From Dictyostelium discoideum (Eukaryota): DNA of 64,000 nt. A model generated the notes under the pieces. It was not told the DNA's origin. It searched no databases and saw only the letters and a program-made list of their open reading frames with translations. Below, one piece after another: positions 46,930 to 61,499 of this stretch. Each line of letters opens with the position of its first letter. Within the stretch, counting starts at the first letter, position 1. The DNA lies in assembly GCA_000004695.1 (NCBI GenBank), contig CM000155.2, positions 512,001 to 576,000 of the forward strand, read 5' to 3'. Both the position numbers and the translations under genes were made by a program.

Positions 46930-48367
46930 TTCTTTAAAATTAATTACTAATATATATTTTTTTTTTTTTTTTTTTTTTTAATATAAATTTTAAAAGGAAA
47001 AAGAATATTATGAAAGATTAGGTGTTAAACCAGATTGTACAGAAGATGAATTAAAGAAAGCATATAGAAAGATGGCTGTTAAATACCATCCAGATAAAAA
47101 TCAAGGACCAGGTAAAGATGCAGCCGAAGCAAAATTTAAAGATATTAGTGAAGCATATGAAGTTTTAAGTGATCCAGAGAAGAGAAAGATGTACGATAGT
47201 TATGGTTCTGAAGGTATGAAGGAGAGTGGTTTCCATGCATCATCAGCTGAAGACCTCTTCTCACATTTCTTTGGTGCAGGAGGTGGCGGTGGTGGATTTA
47301 GTTTCGGAGGTGGTGGTGGTGATGATTTTGGTGGATTTAGTTTTGGTAATATGGGAGGTATGGGCGGCATGGGTGGCATGGGTGGTGGTCACAAGAAGAG
47401 AAGAAAGGGTGAAGATATTGAACATGAAATGAATAGAAGTTTGGAAGAATTATATAATGGAAAATTAGTTAAGATTTCAATTAGTAGAGATGAAGTATGT
47501 AAAACCTGTAAAGGTAGTGGTAGTAATAAACCTGGTGTAACCACAACTTGTCCAACATGTAATGGTAGTAGATACGTTTTCCAAAAGAAACAAGTGGGTC
47601 CAGGTATGATACAACAAGTTCAAACAGCATGTCACACATGTCATGGTACTGGTGAAAAGATAAAAGAAGAGGATAAATGTAAAGAATGCAAAGGTAAAAG
47701 AGTTATACAAGGTAAGAAGATCGTACAATTCCAAGTCGAGAAAGGTACTAGAGATGGCGAAAGAATCATGTTACAAGGTCAAGGTTCCGAGTATCCAGGT
47801 GTACCACCAGGTGATGTAATCATTACAATTCGTGAGAAACCAAATGTAAATTTCAAGAGAAATGGTGATAATTTAATCTACACCAAACGTTTAAAATTAT
47901 TAGACTCAATCGCTGGTAGTCAATTCATTATAAACACATTGGATCAACGTAAACTTTGGGTCAATCATGAGAAAGGTGATATAATTAAGCAAGGTGATAT
48001 GCGTTACATAGAGAATGAAGGTATGCCAATTAAAGGTACCTCTAGAAAAGGTAAATTAATCATTGCTTTTGATATTGAATATCCATCGAATCTTACAAAT
48101 GATGATATTGAAAAACTCTCTAAAATCTTACCAAAAGCTGCCACCCCTTCTGTTTCAAAATCTGATTGTAAATCGGTTGGTCTCTCAAAGGTAAACTTTA
48201 ATACCAACGAACAAAGTTCTCATGGTGGTGCTGGTGGTGCTTATCAACAACATGGTGGTGCTTATGGTCATCAAAAACAACAACAACAAGGTTTTAATCC
48301 TGCTGATTTTGGTGCTCAATTTGGTGGTGGTGGTCCACAACAAGCACAACAGTGTCAACAACAATAA
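46877..48367 (+). CDS. Type I (DnaJA-class) Hsp40/DnaJ homolog of about 459 aa. Exon 1 is 46877..46885 (MVK), the intron is 46886..46996 (GTAAGT...AG), and exon 2 is 46997..48367.
   Basis: J-domain ([35 protein letters not shown] with HPD), a G/F-rich region, four CxxCxGxG zinc-finger repeats ([32 protein letters not shown]), a C-terminal client-binding domain, and a terminal CQQQ CaaX-like box. Confidence 0.85.
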
Positions 48368-49000
48368 ACAATTTAAAAAAAAAAAAACTAAAAATATCCA
48401 AAAATATCAAAATACCCAAAAATCTAAAATTAAAAAAAAAAAAAAAAAAATTTCCAAAACTATTATTAAATAAATTTATATAATAATTTTTTCGTTGTAC
48501 ATTTAAAAATAAATAAATCATTGTTAATTTTAAATTTAATTTTTCATTTATATTTTTATTCCTATATAGAAATAATTGGTGTATTTTTTTTTTTTTTATT
48601 ATTTGTTTCCGCCTTTTTTTTCTTAGAATTTGGACCGTTTTTGAAAAAAAAATATTTTTTTTTATTTTTTTTTTCTTTTTTTTTTTTTTTTTTTTAGTGA
48701 ATTATTTTTTTTTAATTTTTTTTTTATTTTTCTTAATGGTATCAAATAATAAAAAATATTATTGTAATATCGAGTAAAAGTAATATTATTCTATTAAGGT
48801 GGTGTTTATAATAAAACTCTATCGCTTAGAAAAAATAAAAAAAAAATAAAAAAAATAAAAAAATTAAAAAAATAAAAAAATAAAAAAAAATAAAAGATAA
48901 AAAAAATAATAAAATTATAATTTTTATAATCAATTCCAAAAAAAATAGAGAATAATAGAAGAGGAAGAAGTAGAGGTGAATAGATAGGTAGGAGTGGAGG

Positions 49001-49044
<44 letters not shown>

Positions 49045-49047
49045 AGA

Positions 49048-52580
<3,533 letters not shown>

Positions 52581-52715
52581 TAATAATAATAATAATAATA
52601 AAAATTTTAAAATAAATTATTACCCCCTTCCCAATTATTTAATAATTAGTTTAATTGATAAAAAAAAGATTTTTTTTTTTTTTTTTTTTTTTGAGTTTTA
52701 TTTAAACTTTAATTA

Positions 52716-53758
52716 TTAAAATAACAAAGAAATTATTAAAATTAATAATAATGAGAATAAAGAATAACTAATTTTTGAGGAGTCATTACAGTATTTTTCA
52801 AATGAATATTTGGTACTTGGACAAGTGTCATCATTGGTACCCAAACTTGTTTGGTAGTATTTACATACTAGTGATCTACAATTTTTAGAAGAACAAGATG
52901 AAAGGGAGAATGAATTACCACCCAAACTGCAATTATATTCATTTAAACAATCATATAATGGTAATAAAACATCTACACGAGTTTTTGGAGAAAACCATTC
53001 ATTGCATTTACTATCACATCCACATTGTTGAAATTGATCGCACACATCGTCATTATTTGTACAATTTCCATTTTGAATTGGTTCAACATATTTTTCACAA
53101 ATATTCTTATTACACTTTAATTATTATTATAAAATTAATTATTTTTGAAAATTTAAATTAGATTTATGTATTTATATTACAATTTAAAATACTTACATAT
53201 AAATCTTGATTAATGTTACAATTTTCATCTGAAACACAAGCACTGCCAAGAACATTTTGGAAAAGATTTTGACAAGTTCCAACATCTTTTTCATTTGAAT
53301 AGGCTTTTTGACAAGATAATGGATGTACACATGGTTCTTCTTTACTATTGAGTGAACAGTTTTTACCTCTTTGAATTCTTTGAGTACAAACTTTATCTTG
53401 ACAATATTGATCATATAAACAATCTTCTTCATATTTACATTCATTAGTTGGATTGGTACAAATATTTTTGGTACATGTAGAGAATTTACTGTAACAATCT
53501 GATTCTTTTTCACATTCATCACCAATTTGAGAGAACTTTGCATTAATACATTTTCCATTTACACAAACTAAACCAATTTCACAAATTCCAAAATCAGTAT
53601 CTGAATTTACAAAACATTCTTCATCCAATTGAGCTGATGGTCTACAAACATAGTTTTCTTTTTTCGTTTCATTAGTATATGGACCACAAACAAAACCATC
53701 ACTCACACAACTTCCTGTGTAAAGGAAATCACTATCAGACTTTTTATAGGTACACTAT

Positions 53759-53797
<39 letters not shown>

Positions 53798-53964
53798 TTA
53801 TGTTTTTAAAAAAATAAATGATTAATCAATTAGTAAATTTTATTCAACTTGAATTAAATTGAAATACAAACTTTTTCTTCATCTTGGAAACATTTCATAC
53901 AACTATCTCCTTTGGTCAATACGATTAGAAATATTAAAGAAATAAATGAAAATAATAATTTCAT
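52716..53964 (-). CDS. Secreted Cys-rich protein with a GPI-anchor-like C-terminus. Exon 1 is 53872..53964 (signal peptide MKLLFSFISLIFLIVLTKGDSCMKCFQDEEK). Intron 1 is 53740..53871 and contains (TTTA)n. Exon 2 is 53197..53739, and the terminal exon is about 52716..53112. The exon 2/3 splice phase is inconsistent under GT-AG rules.
   Basis: N-terminal hydrophobic signal, many Cys in EGF/cysteine-knot-like spacing (C..C....C patterns), and a C-terminus S-rich then hydrophobic (SYSLFSLLLILIISLLF). The terminal exon has no ATG and is bounded upstream by a TAA, so it must be spliced. Confidence 0.5.
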
Positions 53965-54300
53965 TTTTTAATTTTAATTTTTTTTTTTTTGGAAAAAAAA
54001 ATAATAAAATGATTAAATGGTAAAAAAAAAAAAAAAAAAAAAAGAAATAAAAATAAAAAAAAAAAAGAAATCAAAATAAAAAAAATAAAAATAAAAATAA
54101 AATAAAAAGATATTTTCAAAATGATTTTCAAATAAAATAACAAGATTTTTTTTTTTTTTTTTAAAACAAATCAGTAATATTTTTTTTTTTTTTTTTTTTT
54201 TTCAAACTGCCGCCCCAAAAATTGTAAATTTGAACAAATAAATTATGATTTTTTTTTTTAATTTAAATGGATTTATTATTTGTTAAGTTTGAATTGAAGG

Positions 54301-54461
54301 CATTAAATTATAACATTTTCCATTACAATCACAACCTTGATCAATTGAACAAACACTTGGATTTACATTTGAAACCTCTGGTTCTACATTTTTTACAAAT
54401 TTTATTTTTATAATAACACTTTTAAAATAAAATAAAATGAAATTAGTAAAATGATTTTTTG

Positions 54462-54504
<43 letters not shown>

Positions 54505-54600
54505 ATTGGTTACTTATAAACCATCACTAGATTTATAAGAACCACCCATACCATTTATTGTTAAAGGTTGACATGTTCCAATTTCTTCGGGGATGGGGAA
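54301..54600 (-). pseudogene. Possible remnant exons of a paralogous Cys-rich gene (YFPIPEEIGTCQPLTINGMGGSYKSSD ... EPEVSNVNPSVCSIDQGCDCNGKCYNLMPSIQT*)
   Basis: The 3' piece is clearly paralogous to the terminal exon of 52716..53964 (VEPIQNGNCTNNDDVCDQFQQCGCDSKCNEWFSP versus VEPEVSNVNPSVCSIDQGCDCNGKCYNLMP). A T40 tract separates the pieces. No start, signal peptide or GPI tail was found. Confidence 0.3.
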
Positions 54601-54753
54601 ATAATGCTAAAGCATAAAAAATGGTATTGGTTTTAATTTTTAATTTTTTATTATTATTTTTGTCAGAATTTATCTCTATTATTAAAAAAAATTAAATTTT
54701 GTAATTAATTATTTAAAAAGTTTTCTTTTATTGTTATAATTTTTTTATGACCT

Positions 54754-55563
54754 TCAGAATCCAATAATCAAAATAACAGAGAATAATGCCAAAGCATAAA
54801 AAATGTACTGAATGGAATGTTTTGATTGGGCACTAGAGGTAGAATCTGTTGATGAAGTAGTGGTTTTTTCCGGACCGGAACATGGAGTAATATCACTATT
54901 GTATCCTGTTGTGTTAAAAACAAAATTAATTTTATATTGTGGATTATCACTAAAAACTCCATTGAAAAATGATTGTTTGTCAGAGTACAATGAACTAAAT
55001 GTTTTTCCATTTTCTGTTTTAATACTCGAACATGATTCATATAAACCTTGAGCAAAATCAGGATGAAGAATGAAATCAATTTTAACCACTTGAAGTGTTT
55101 GTGTTATTGTCTCAGTTGGTACCATAAATGATTGTTGAAATGGTGAACAAATTGATCCACACCATAAGCTCCAAACATTGGCTAAACATCCTGGACATTG
55201 ACCAAAAAGTGTTTCATTACTTTGAATAAATGTTTTAAGTCCATTAGTTTGATATGTATAACAACATGCTTTTTGTGAATATTCTGGATGTGAAGCTTGA
55301 CATGTTCCTGAAGTAATAGAAACACTGTTATACTAAAAAAAAAAAAAAAAAAAAAACAATTTGTTAATTATGTTTAATTACTTATGGTATTTTGAAAAAG
55401 TAATTCATACTGGAGGAAATTGTGAATTTTTAACAAAAGTTGCATTATTACCAAAAATTGAACATCCTTCAGTTGTATTATAAGGGAATGGTCCTTGTGA
55501 TTTTACTAAAAGAGTAAAACAAAAAAAATAAATAAAAAAAATTAAAATTATATTTAAATTCAT
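54754..55563 (-). CDS. Small secreted, probably GPI-anchored Cys-containing protein of about 244 aa. Exon 1 is 55411..55563 (signal peptide MNLNIILIFFIYFFCFTLLVKS), the intron is 55333..55410 (GTATGA...AG), and exon 2 is 54754..55332.
   Basis: N-terminal signal, the Cys motif KACCYTYQTNG...GQCPGCLANVWSLWCGSICSP, a Ser/Thr-rich stalk (TTTSSTDSTSSAQS), and a hydrophobic C-terminal tail (YALALFSVILIIGF) typical of a GPI signal. Phase-0 junction ...SQFPP|YNSVSITSG. Confidence 0.6.
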
Positions 55564-56897
55564 TTTGGTAAATAAAATTTAATATTTTAGAAAAAAAAAA
55601 AAAACAAAAAAATTAAAAAACAGTTCCCAATGGTTTTTTTTTTTTTTTTTTTTAAAAGATTTTTATAATAAAAATAAATATCTAAAAACGACACAATATT
55701 GTGTTGCATGTCTTAAAAAAAAAAATTAAAAAAATAAAAAAATAAAAAATAAAATAAAATAAAATTTCCAATCACTTCGTCATTTTTACAAAATTGATTC
55801 CCAAAGATATTTTTTTTTTTTTTTGGTTAATTTTGATGCATAAAATATATTTTATACAACCATTTTTGACTGAAGAGAAGAGCAATATATATAATGAATT
55901 AAAAAACTAATTACTCTGCCAACTAGGTTGTTTATTTTAAATTAAATAAAAAAATTTATTAAAGAAAATTTTATTACTATTATTATTATTTATTTATTTA
56001 TTTATTTGATTTTTTAAATTTATATGATTTTGAGTATTTTTGGGTGATCTATTTATCTATACTAAATTCATATTAAAAATAATATAATTATGATCGAGTT
56101 ATCTCGAAAAAAGTTTTTTATTTTTTAATAAAAAGCACGATTGGTAATTTAAGTACAGTAGCATTACTTGATAAAGCAGGTTTAACAAATGAAGTTTTAT
56201 TTTAATATTTTTAGGTGTATCATTATCGATATTGGGATTTGCAATATTGAGTAAACCAGTTATAGTTAATGATAAAGGTCAAATAGTAGAGAAAGAGAAT
56301 CAAATTAAGTTTATTATTATTTAAAGATAGACCAACTCGATTACTAGTGGTACCATTACTTTATAGTTAGGGTAAGTGATTTTTTTTTTTTTTTTTCAAT
56401 TGACAACCACATTTTATAACAGTTATCATCTAAAAATAATTAATAAAATTACAAATACATATTAAAAAAAAAAATAAAAATAAAAATAAAAACAATGTAA
56501 AATATAATGTTTCAAATTCAGCTTGCAGTTGAATAGTCATCTACTTTAAGACAATCAACTAAAAGAATGGACTAAAACAATTCCATCAGCTATAATTAAA
56601 ACTTAATTTATATAATTTTAATAATATTAAAAATTAAAAAAAATATTTTAAAATTTGTAAATTATGTATTTTTTTTTTTTTTGTAAATTTTCTATTTTTT
56701 CCACTATTTAAAAGTCATTTGATTTGAATTTTTAAGTTTTTAATTTCACATATTCATTTTTTTTTTTTTTTATTTTAATTTTCAAAACAAATAATAATAA
56801 TTTTTTTTGAGCCCTTATTTTTTTATTTACTCAAAATAGACTCGAATACCCTTTTGTCAACTAATTAATTTCGAAACTAATTCGGTTTTAAGTTTTA

Positions 56898-56937
<40 letters not shown>

Positions 56938-57330
56938 AATATTATTATTTGTTACAAACAAACACAAAAAAAAAAAAATTAGTATTATTATTTGTAACAA
57001 ACACAATAAAAAAAAATAATAATTATGTTATTTATTAAATTATTTTTTTGTTAATTTTCATTCTAATTTTTAGAGATAATCTAAAAAAAAAAACATAATG
57101 TGTTGGGTGGAAAAAAAATATATATATATAAATAGATGAAGATATAAAATCTTTTGATAAAATATTTGTAATTAACCCAAAAAAGGTAAAAATAATATTG
57201 TGTAACTAAATAAATATTATTATGAAAAAAATTATAAGTTTTTAACTTTTTTAAAAAATTAGTTTTTTTTTTTTTTTTTTTTTAGAAATAATAATTATTA
57301 TTATCATTATTATTAATTTGTAAAGTCATA

Positions 57331-58269
57331 ATGTTAAATAAAATAATATTAATATTTTTTTTAATAAATAATATATTTTCAATAGTTGTTTCCTCAACAA
57401 AATTAAATCCATGGGTTTTTGAGGAAAGAATTAAATTATATGATATATTAATTAATTCAACAAAAGTTGAAATTTTTGGAGATGATAATTTAAATAATTG
57501 TTTTCAAGGTTTTAAAATCCAACTTGAATGGCAAAAAACAACAGGTAGATCAATGATAATTGATAATTCGAATATTAGTGTTAATAGTTGGTGGGGATCA
57601 ATGAACTATTATGAATCAATCATACCATTTATATCTGCTATGAATTTAGGTATTATACAACCACCAATTGAACTGGTTAATATTGGAGATGACAGATTTT
57701 GTACAGACTATTCTGAATGTGATAAAGAGTTAATGGAGCCATGGGATTTATATTTCCAATTTTTAATTAAAATTAAAGATGAAAAGTATAGCTATTCAAT
57801 TCAACAACAAATATTAAAATATAATTGGGATGGACATATGAAAAGTTTAAGTATTGGTTTAAAATTATTTAATGATAAATTGAATTATCTTTCAAAAAAT
57901 GAAATTAAATTCTCAACTGGATTTGTTCATTTTGTTGATATTATATCATTAATTAATTTCAATACAAATTATAGCCAAATTTTACCAATTTTCGATTCAC
58001 TTCCACCAAGAATGTTAACAAATTCTGATCATCCACCATTTTTTAAAGGTTTTACAAGAACTCAAAATTTTTATACTGTATCAGTTTTATCAATTAATGA
58101 ATTACATGAAAATCAAATACTATGGAATTATTTTTTAAATCTTTTAAAAACAAAAACTGAAAATGAAAAATGTCGTGATTTTATAAATCAAGAAATTATT
58201 AATTTTACAAAATACCCTGAATCAACATTAGTTAAATTATTATTAAAACTTTTATTAAATAATTGTTAA
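57331..58269 (+). CDS. Hypothetical secreted protein of 312 aa with an N-terminal signal peptide
   Basis: Complete ORF with a hydrophobic N-terminus MLNKIILIFFLINNIFSIVVSS. No recognisable domain from sequence alone. Confidence 0.45.
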   Translation: MLNKIILIFFLINNIFSIVVSSTKLNPWVFEERIKLYDILINSTKVEIFGDDNLNNCFQGFKIQLEWQKTTGRSMIIDNSNISVNSWWGSMNYYESIIPFISAMNLGIIQPPIELVNIGDDRFCTDYSECDKELMEPWDLYFQFLIKIKDEKYSYSIQQQILKYNWDGHMKSLSIGLKLFNDKLNYLSKNEIKFSTGFVHFVDIISLINFNTNYSQILPIFDSLPPRMLTNSDHPPFFKGFTRTQNFYTVSVLSINELHENQILWNYFLNLLKTKTENEKCRDFINQEIINFTKYPESTLVKLLLKLLLNNC

Positions 58270-58693
58270 TTTAAATTAAATAAAAAAAAAAAAAAAAAAA
58301 AAAAAAAAAGAATCTGCCCTACCTTTTAAAATTTTTTAACAAAAGTAATGTTTGTGTATGGAATTGGCATAACTTCGAAACATAACTTTAAATTAAAAAT
58401 TTCAAAAAGCAGGGAAGGGTACATTGAGAGTCTCATTACTTTTTCACACTCTGATATCAAAAAAAAAAATAATAATAATATAAAAAGAAAAAAAAATATA
58501 GAAATTGAAGAATAATTATAAAATAAAACGAATATTTTTTGAAATAAAATTTTATTTGTTTTTTTTTTTTTTTTTTTAATTTTATATCTAAAGTTGAGTC
58601 GATAAATTATTAATTACCTTAAAATGGTGAATTACTGAGATAGCTTTCAAAAATTGAAAAATTTCATCTAGAGATATCTCAATCAAAATGGGC

Positions 58694-58745
<52 letters not shown>

Positions 58746-58985
58746 GTTATTATTAATTATTATTATTATTATTACTACTAACTAAATCTTCTTCCTCTTC
58801 TTCTTCTTCCTCTTCTTCATCATCCTCCGAGATATTTTTTTTGAAAAAAAAAAAAAATCACCAAAGCGCTGGTGGTAAAAAAAGATTTTTTTTTTTGCCA
58901 GTTAACTTTTAATTATTACCCAAAAAATTTCAACAAATTTTTTTTTATTTTTTTTTTTTTTTTTATAATTTACTTTTTTTAATTT

Positions 58986-59492
58986 TTGATCAACATTAAA
59001 CATAAAATGGATAACAATTATAATAAATATTGTTCAGGACAGTTAAAAATAATTTCTGATTTTGATAAAATTCAAGAAATATTTCAAATTGTTTTAAAAA
59101 ATCATGTCAATAACCAAGATACAAACGATAATATTAAAATTTTAGATATCGGTTGTTCACATGGTAAAAATTCAATAATTGTCTTAAAACCATTAATTGA
59201 ACAAATTAGAAATAAATGGAAGCCAAATGAAAAAGTAATTGAAATATTTCATTCAGATTTATCAGTAAATGATTTTTCAAAATTATTTAATGAAGTTTAT
59301 CATTTAAATTCATATTCTAATAAAATCAATAATATTTTTACATATGGTATTGGTAATGGATTTGAGAATCAATTAGTACCAGATAATTCAATTGATTTTA
59401 TATTTTCATTTACAACTTTACAATGGGTACCATTTATAGGTAAATATAAATCATTTGAAGGTTCATTATATAATATTTTTTTAAAAATTTAA
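58986..59492 (+). pseudogene. SABATH-like methyltransferase, truncated N-terminal half (about 160 aa) lying directly upstream of the intact copy
   Basis: MDNNYNKYCSGQLKIISDF...ILDIGCSHGKNS...IDFIFSFTTLQWVPFIGKYKSFEGSLY, then a stop. The C-terminal half of the fold is missing. Confidence 0.55.
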
Positions 59493-59563
59493 TTTATTTA
59501 GTTTATATTTTTAAATTTATTTTTTATTTGTTTAGTTTTTTTTTTTTTTTTTATAAAAATAAA

Positions 59564-60610
59564 ATGGATAATAGTTATAGTAAATATTGTTCTGGACAAT
59601 TAAAAATAATTTCAGATTTTAATAAATTTCAAGAAATATTTAAAATTGTTTTAAAAAATCATGTTAATAATCAAGGTACCCAGGATAATAATAATATTAG
59701 ATTTTTGGATATTGGTTGTTCACATGGAAAAAATTCAATAATTGTATTAGAGCCATTAATTGAAAAAGTTAGAAATCAATGGAAGCCAAATGAAAAAGTA
59801 ATTGAAATATTTCATTCAGATTTACCAGTGAATGATTTTTCAAAATTATTTAATGAAATTTATCATTTAAATTCATATTCAAATAAAATCAATAATATTT
59901 TTACATATGGCATTGGTAATGCTTTTGAAAATCAATTAGTACCAGATAATTCAATTGATTTTATATTTTCATTTACAGCAATACATTGGATACCATTTTT
60001 AAGTGAATATAAATCATTTGAAGGTTCCTTATACATACCAATTACTTATCGTTTACCAGGTTTTGAAAATTATTATAAAGAAAGATTATTAAATGTATTA
60101 AAAAATCGTTATAATGAATTAAAAGTCGGTGGTATTTTTTCATTTAATCTTTTCATTCAAGAAGATCAAGGTAGTGAAAATGAAGAAAAAAGTAAATCAC
60201 TTTATTATTGTTTGAAAAACATTAAAGAAATTCTTAGAGAAATGAGTTATGAATCAATTTTATCAAGAGAAGAAGTTGAAAATATGATTGTTCCAGCCAC
60301 AATTTATTCTAGAGATGAATATCAATATGCAATTGATAAATCAACTAATAATACTGGTCTAAAATTAATTTATGAAAATAGAATAACATCTAATTGGGCT
60401 GATAGTTATCAAGATGATGAATCTTATATTGGTTCACTTGTTGGATTTATTAGTAATTTCATTAAAAATGCAATTAATGGTGATAGTGATAGAGTTGATT
60501 CAGTATTCAATGATTTCAAACAACGTCTACATTTAAAATATAAATTAAATCCAAAAGATTTCCAATTTCATCTTTGCAATTTATATTTATCATTTTTAAA
60601 AGAAAATTAA
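59564..60610 (+). CDS. SAM-dependent methyltransferase of the SABATH/Methyltransf_7-like family, intact (about 348 aa from the MDNSYSKY start; the ORF track opens at 59528)
   Basis: N-terminus MDNSYSKYCSGQ (compare SABATH MxGGxGxxSYAxNS), SAM-binding ILDIGCSHGKNS, and IDFIFSFTAIHWIPFL (compare the SABATH SLHWLS motif). Complete ORF. Confidence 0.7.
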   Translation: MDNSYSKYCSGQLKIISDFNKFQEIFKIVLKNHVNNQGTQDNNNIRFLDIGCSHGKNSIIVLEPLIEKVRNQWKPNEKVIEIFHSDLPVNDFSKLFNEIYHLNSYSNKINNIFTYGIGNAFENQLVPDNSIDFIFSFTAIHWIPFLSEYKSFEGSLYIPITYRLPGFENYYKERLLNVLKNRYNELKVGGIFSFNLFIQEDQGSENEEKSKSLYYCLKNIKEILREMSYESILSREEVENMIVPATIYSRDEYQYAIDKSTNNTGLKLIYENRITSNWADSYQDDESYIGSLVGFISNFIKNAINGDSDRVDSVFNDFKQRLHLKYKLNPKDFQFHLCNLYLSFLKEN

Positions 60611-61277
60611 ACTTTATAAAAATAAAATTAAAAAAATGAATAAATAATTTTAAGAAAACAAAAAAATAAAGTATATATGAGTTTACAATCACAATATATA
60701 TATATTTATTTTTTTATTTTTTATAAATATTTTTAAAAAAGTAGTCAAAGTGTTGAATTTTTTTTTTTTTTTTTTTTTTTTTTTTGTGTTCACTTGCTGC
60801 AATGATTTTTTTTATTAATTTTATATATTTATTTTTTTATCTATATGAAAAAATAATAATTTAATAGAATTAATTATCTTTTGAATTAGATATGTGGTAA
60901 AAAAAAGAAATTAATGAAAACGTAATAACCACTTTTTTTTTTCTTTTTTCTTTTTTTTTTTTTTTTGGGGATATGAAAATGCTTTTAATACTATATAAAA
61001 AATAAATTTTATACTTTGGGTTTAAAAAAAAATAAAAAAATACCCAACTCAAATGGCAATCTGAATTTTTAATTTGTAATTTATGTAACATTTTAAAAAA
61101 AAAAAAAAAAAAAAAAATAACTTTGTATTTTAAAAATAAATTAAAAACTATATTTATAATAGTTATAAATTAATGAGTATATAATCTTTCCAATGTTTTC
61201 TATAAAGAAAAACTTTTTTCAAGACACATAAATAATTTTTTTTTTTTTTAAACTATTTTTTCTTTTTGTTTACTATA

Positions 61278-61497
61278 GTAACTTTGGTGGGTTGAAGGCT
61301 GGTGTGAACGAGTCGTGGAATGAGCCGTCCAAGACTGACTCGTCGTCGACCTTGATGGTGAAGGTGTTGTCTGGTCTGATGATCAAGGTGTAGATATGCG
61401 ACACTCTGTCTTTTCTAACCGATGGTTTTGCAGTGATCAATTTCTCTTCGTGTACGTTTGTGATTGGGTTACGATCGTTTAGTTTTATTTTTAAAAT
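61278..61497 (-). pseudogene. Calnexin gene fragment of about 70 codons (N-terminal lectin-domain portion), isolated
   Basis: The minus-strand translation DRNPITNVHEEKLITAKPSVRKDRVSHIYTLIIRPDNTFTIKVDDESVLDGSFHDSFTPAFNPPK aligns with the calnexin/calreticulin N-domain (THLYTLI..PDN.FE..VD...V..G.L..D..PP.NP). The block is about 50 percent GC in AT-rich surroundings. It has no start and no downstream P-domain. Confidence 0.5.
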
Positions 61498-61499
61498 TA

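Noticed and set aside
53193-53558. Alternative-frame 121-aa ORF inside the Cys-rich gene, and ORF 54768..55079 / 54812..55051 inside the GPI-protein gene
   Set aside because: These overlap better-supported frames that carry a signal peptide, Cys spacing and GPI-tail logic. Their composition is hydrophobic and low-complexity.
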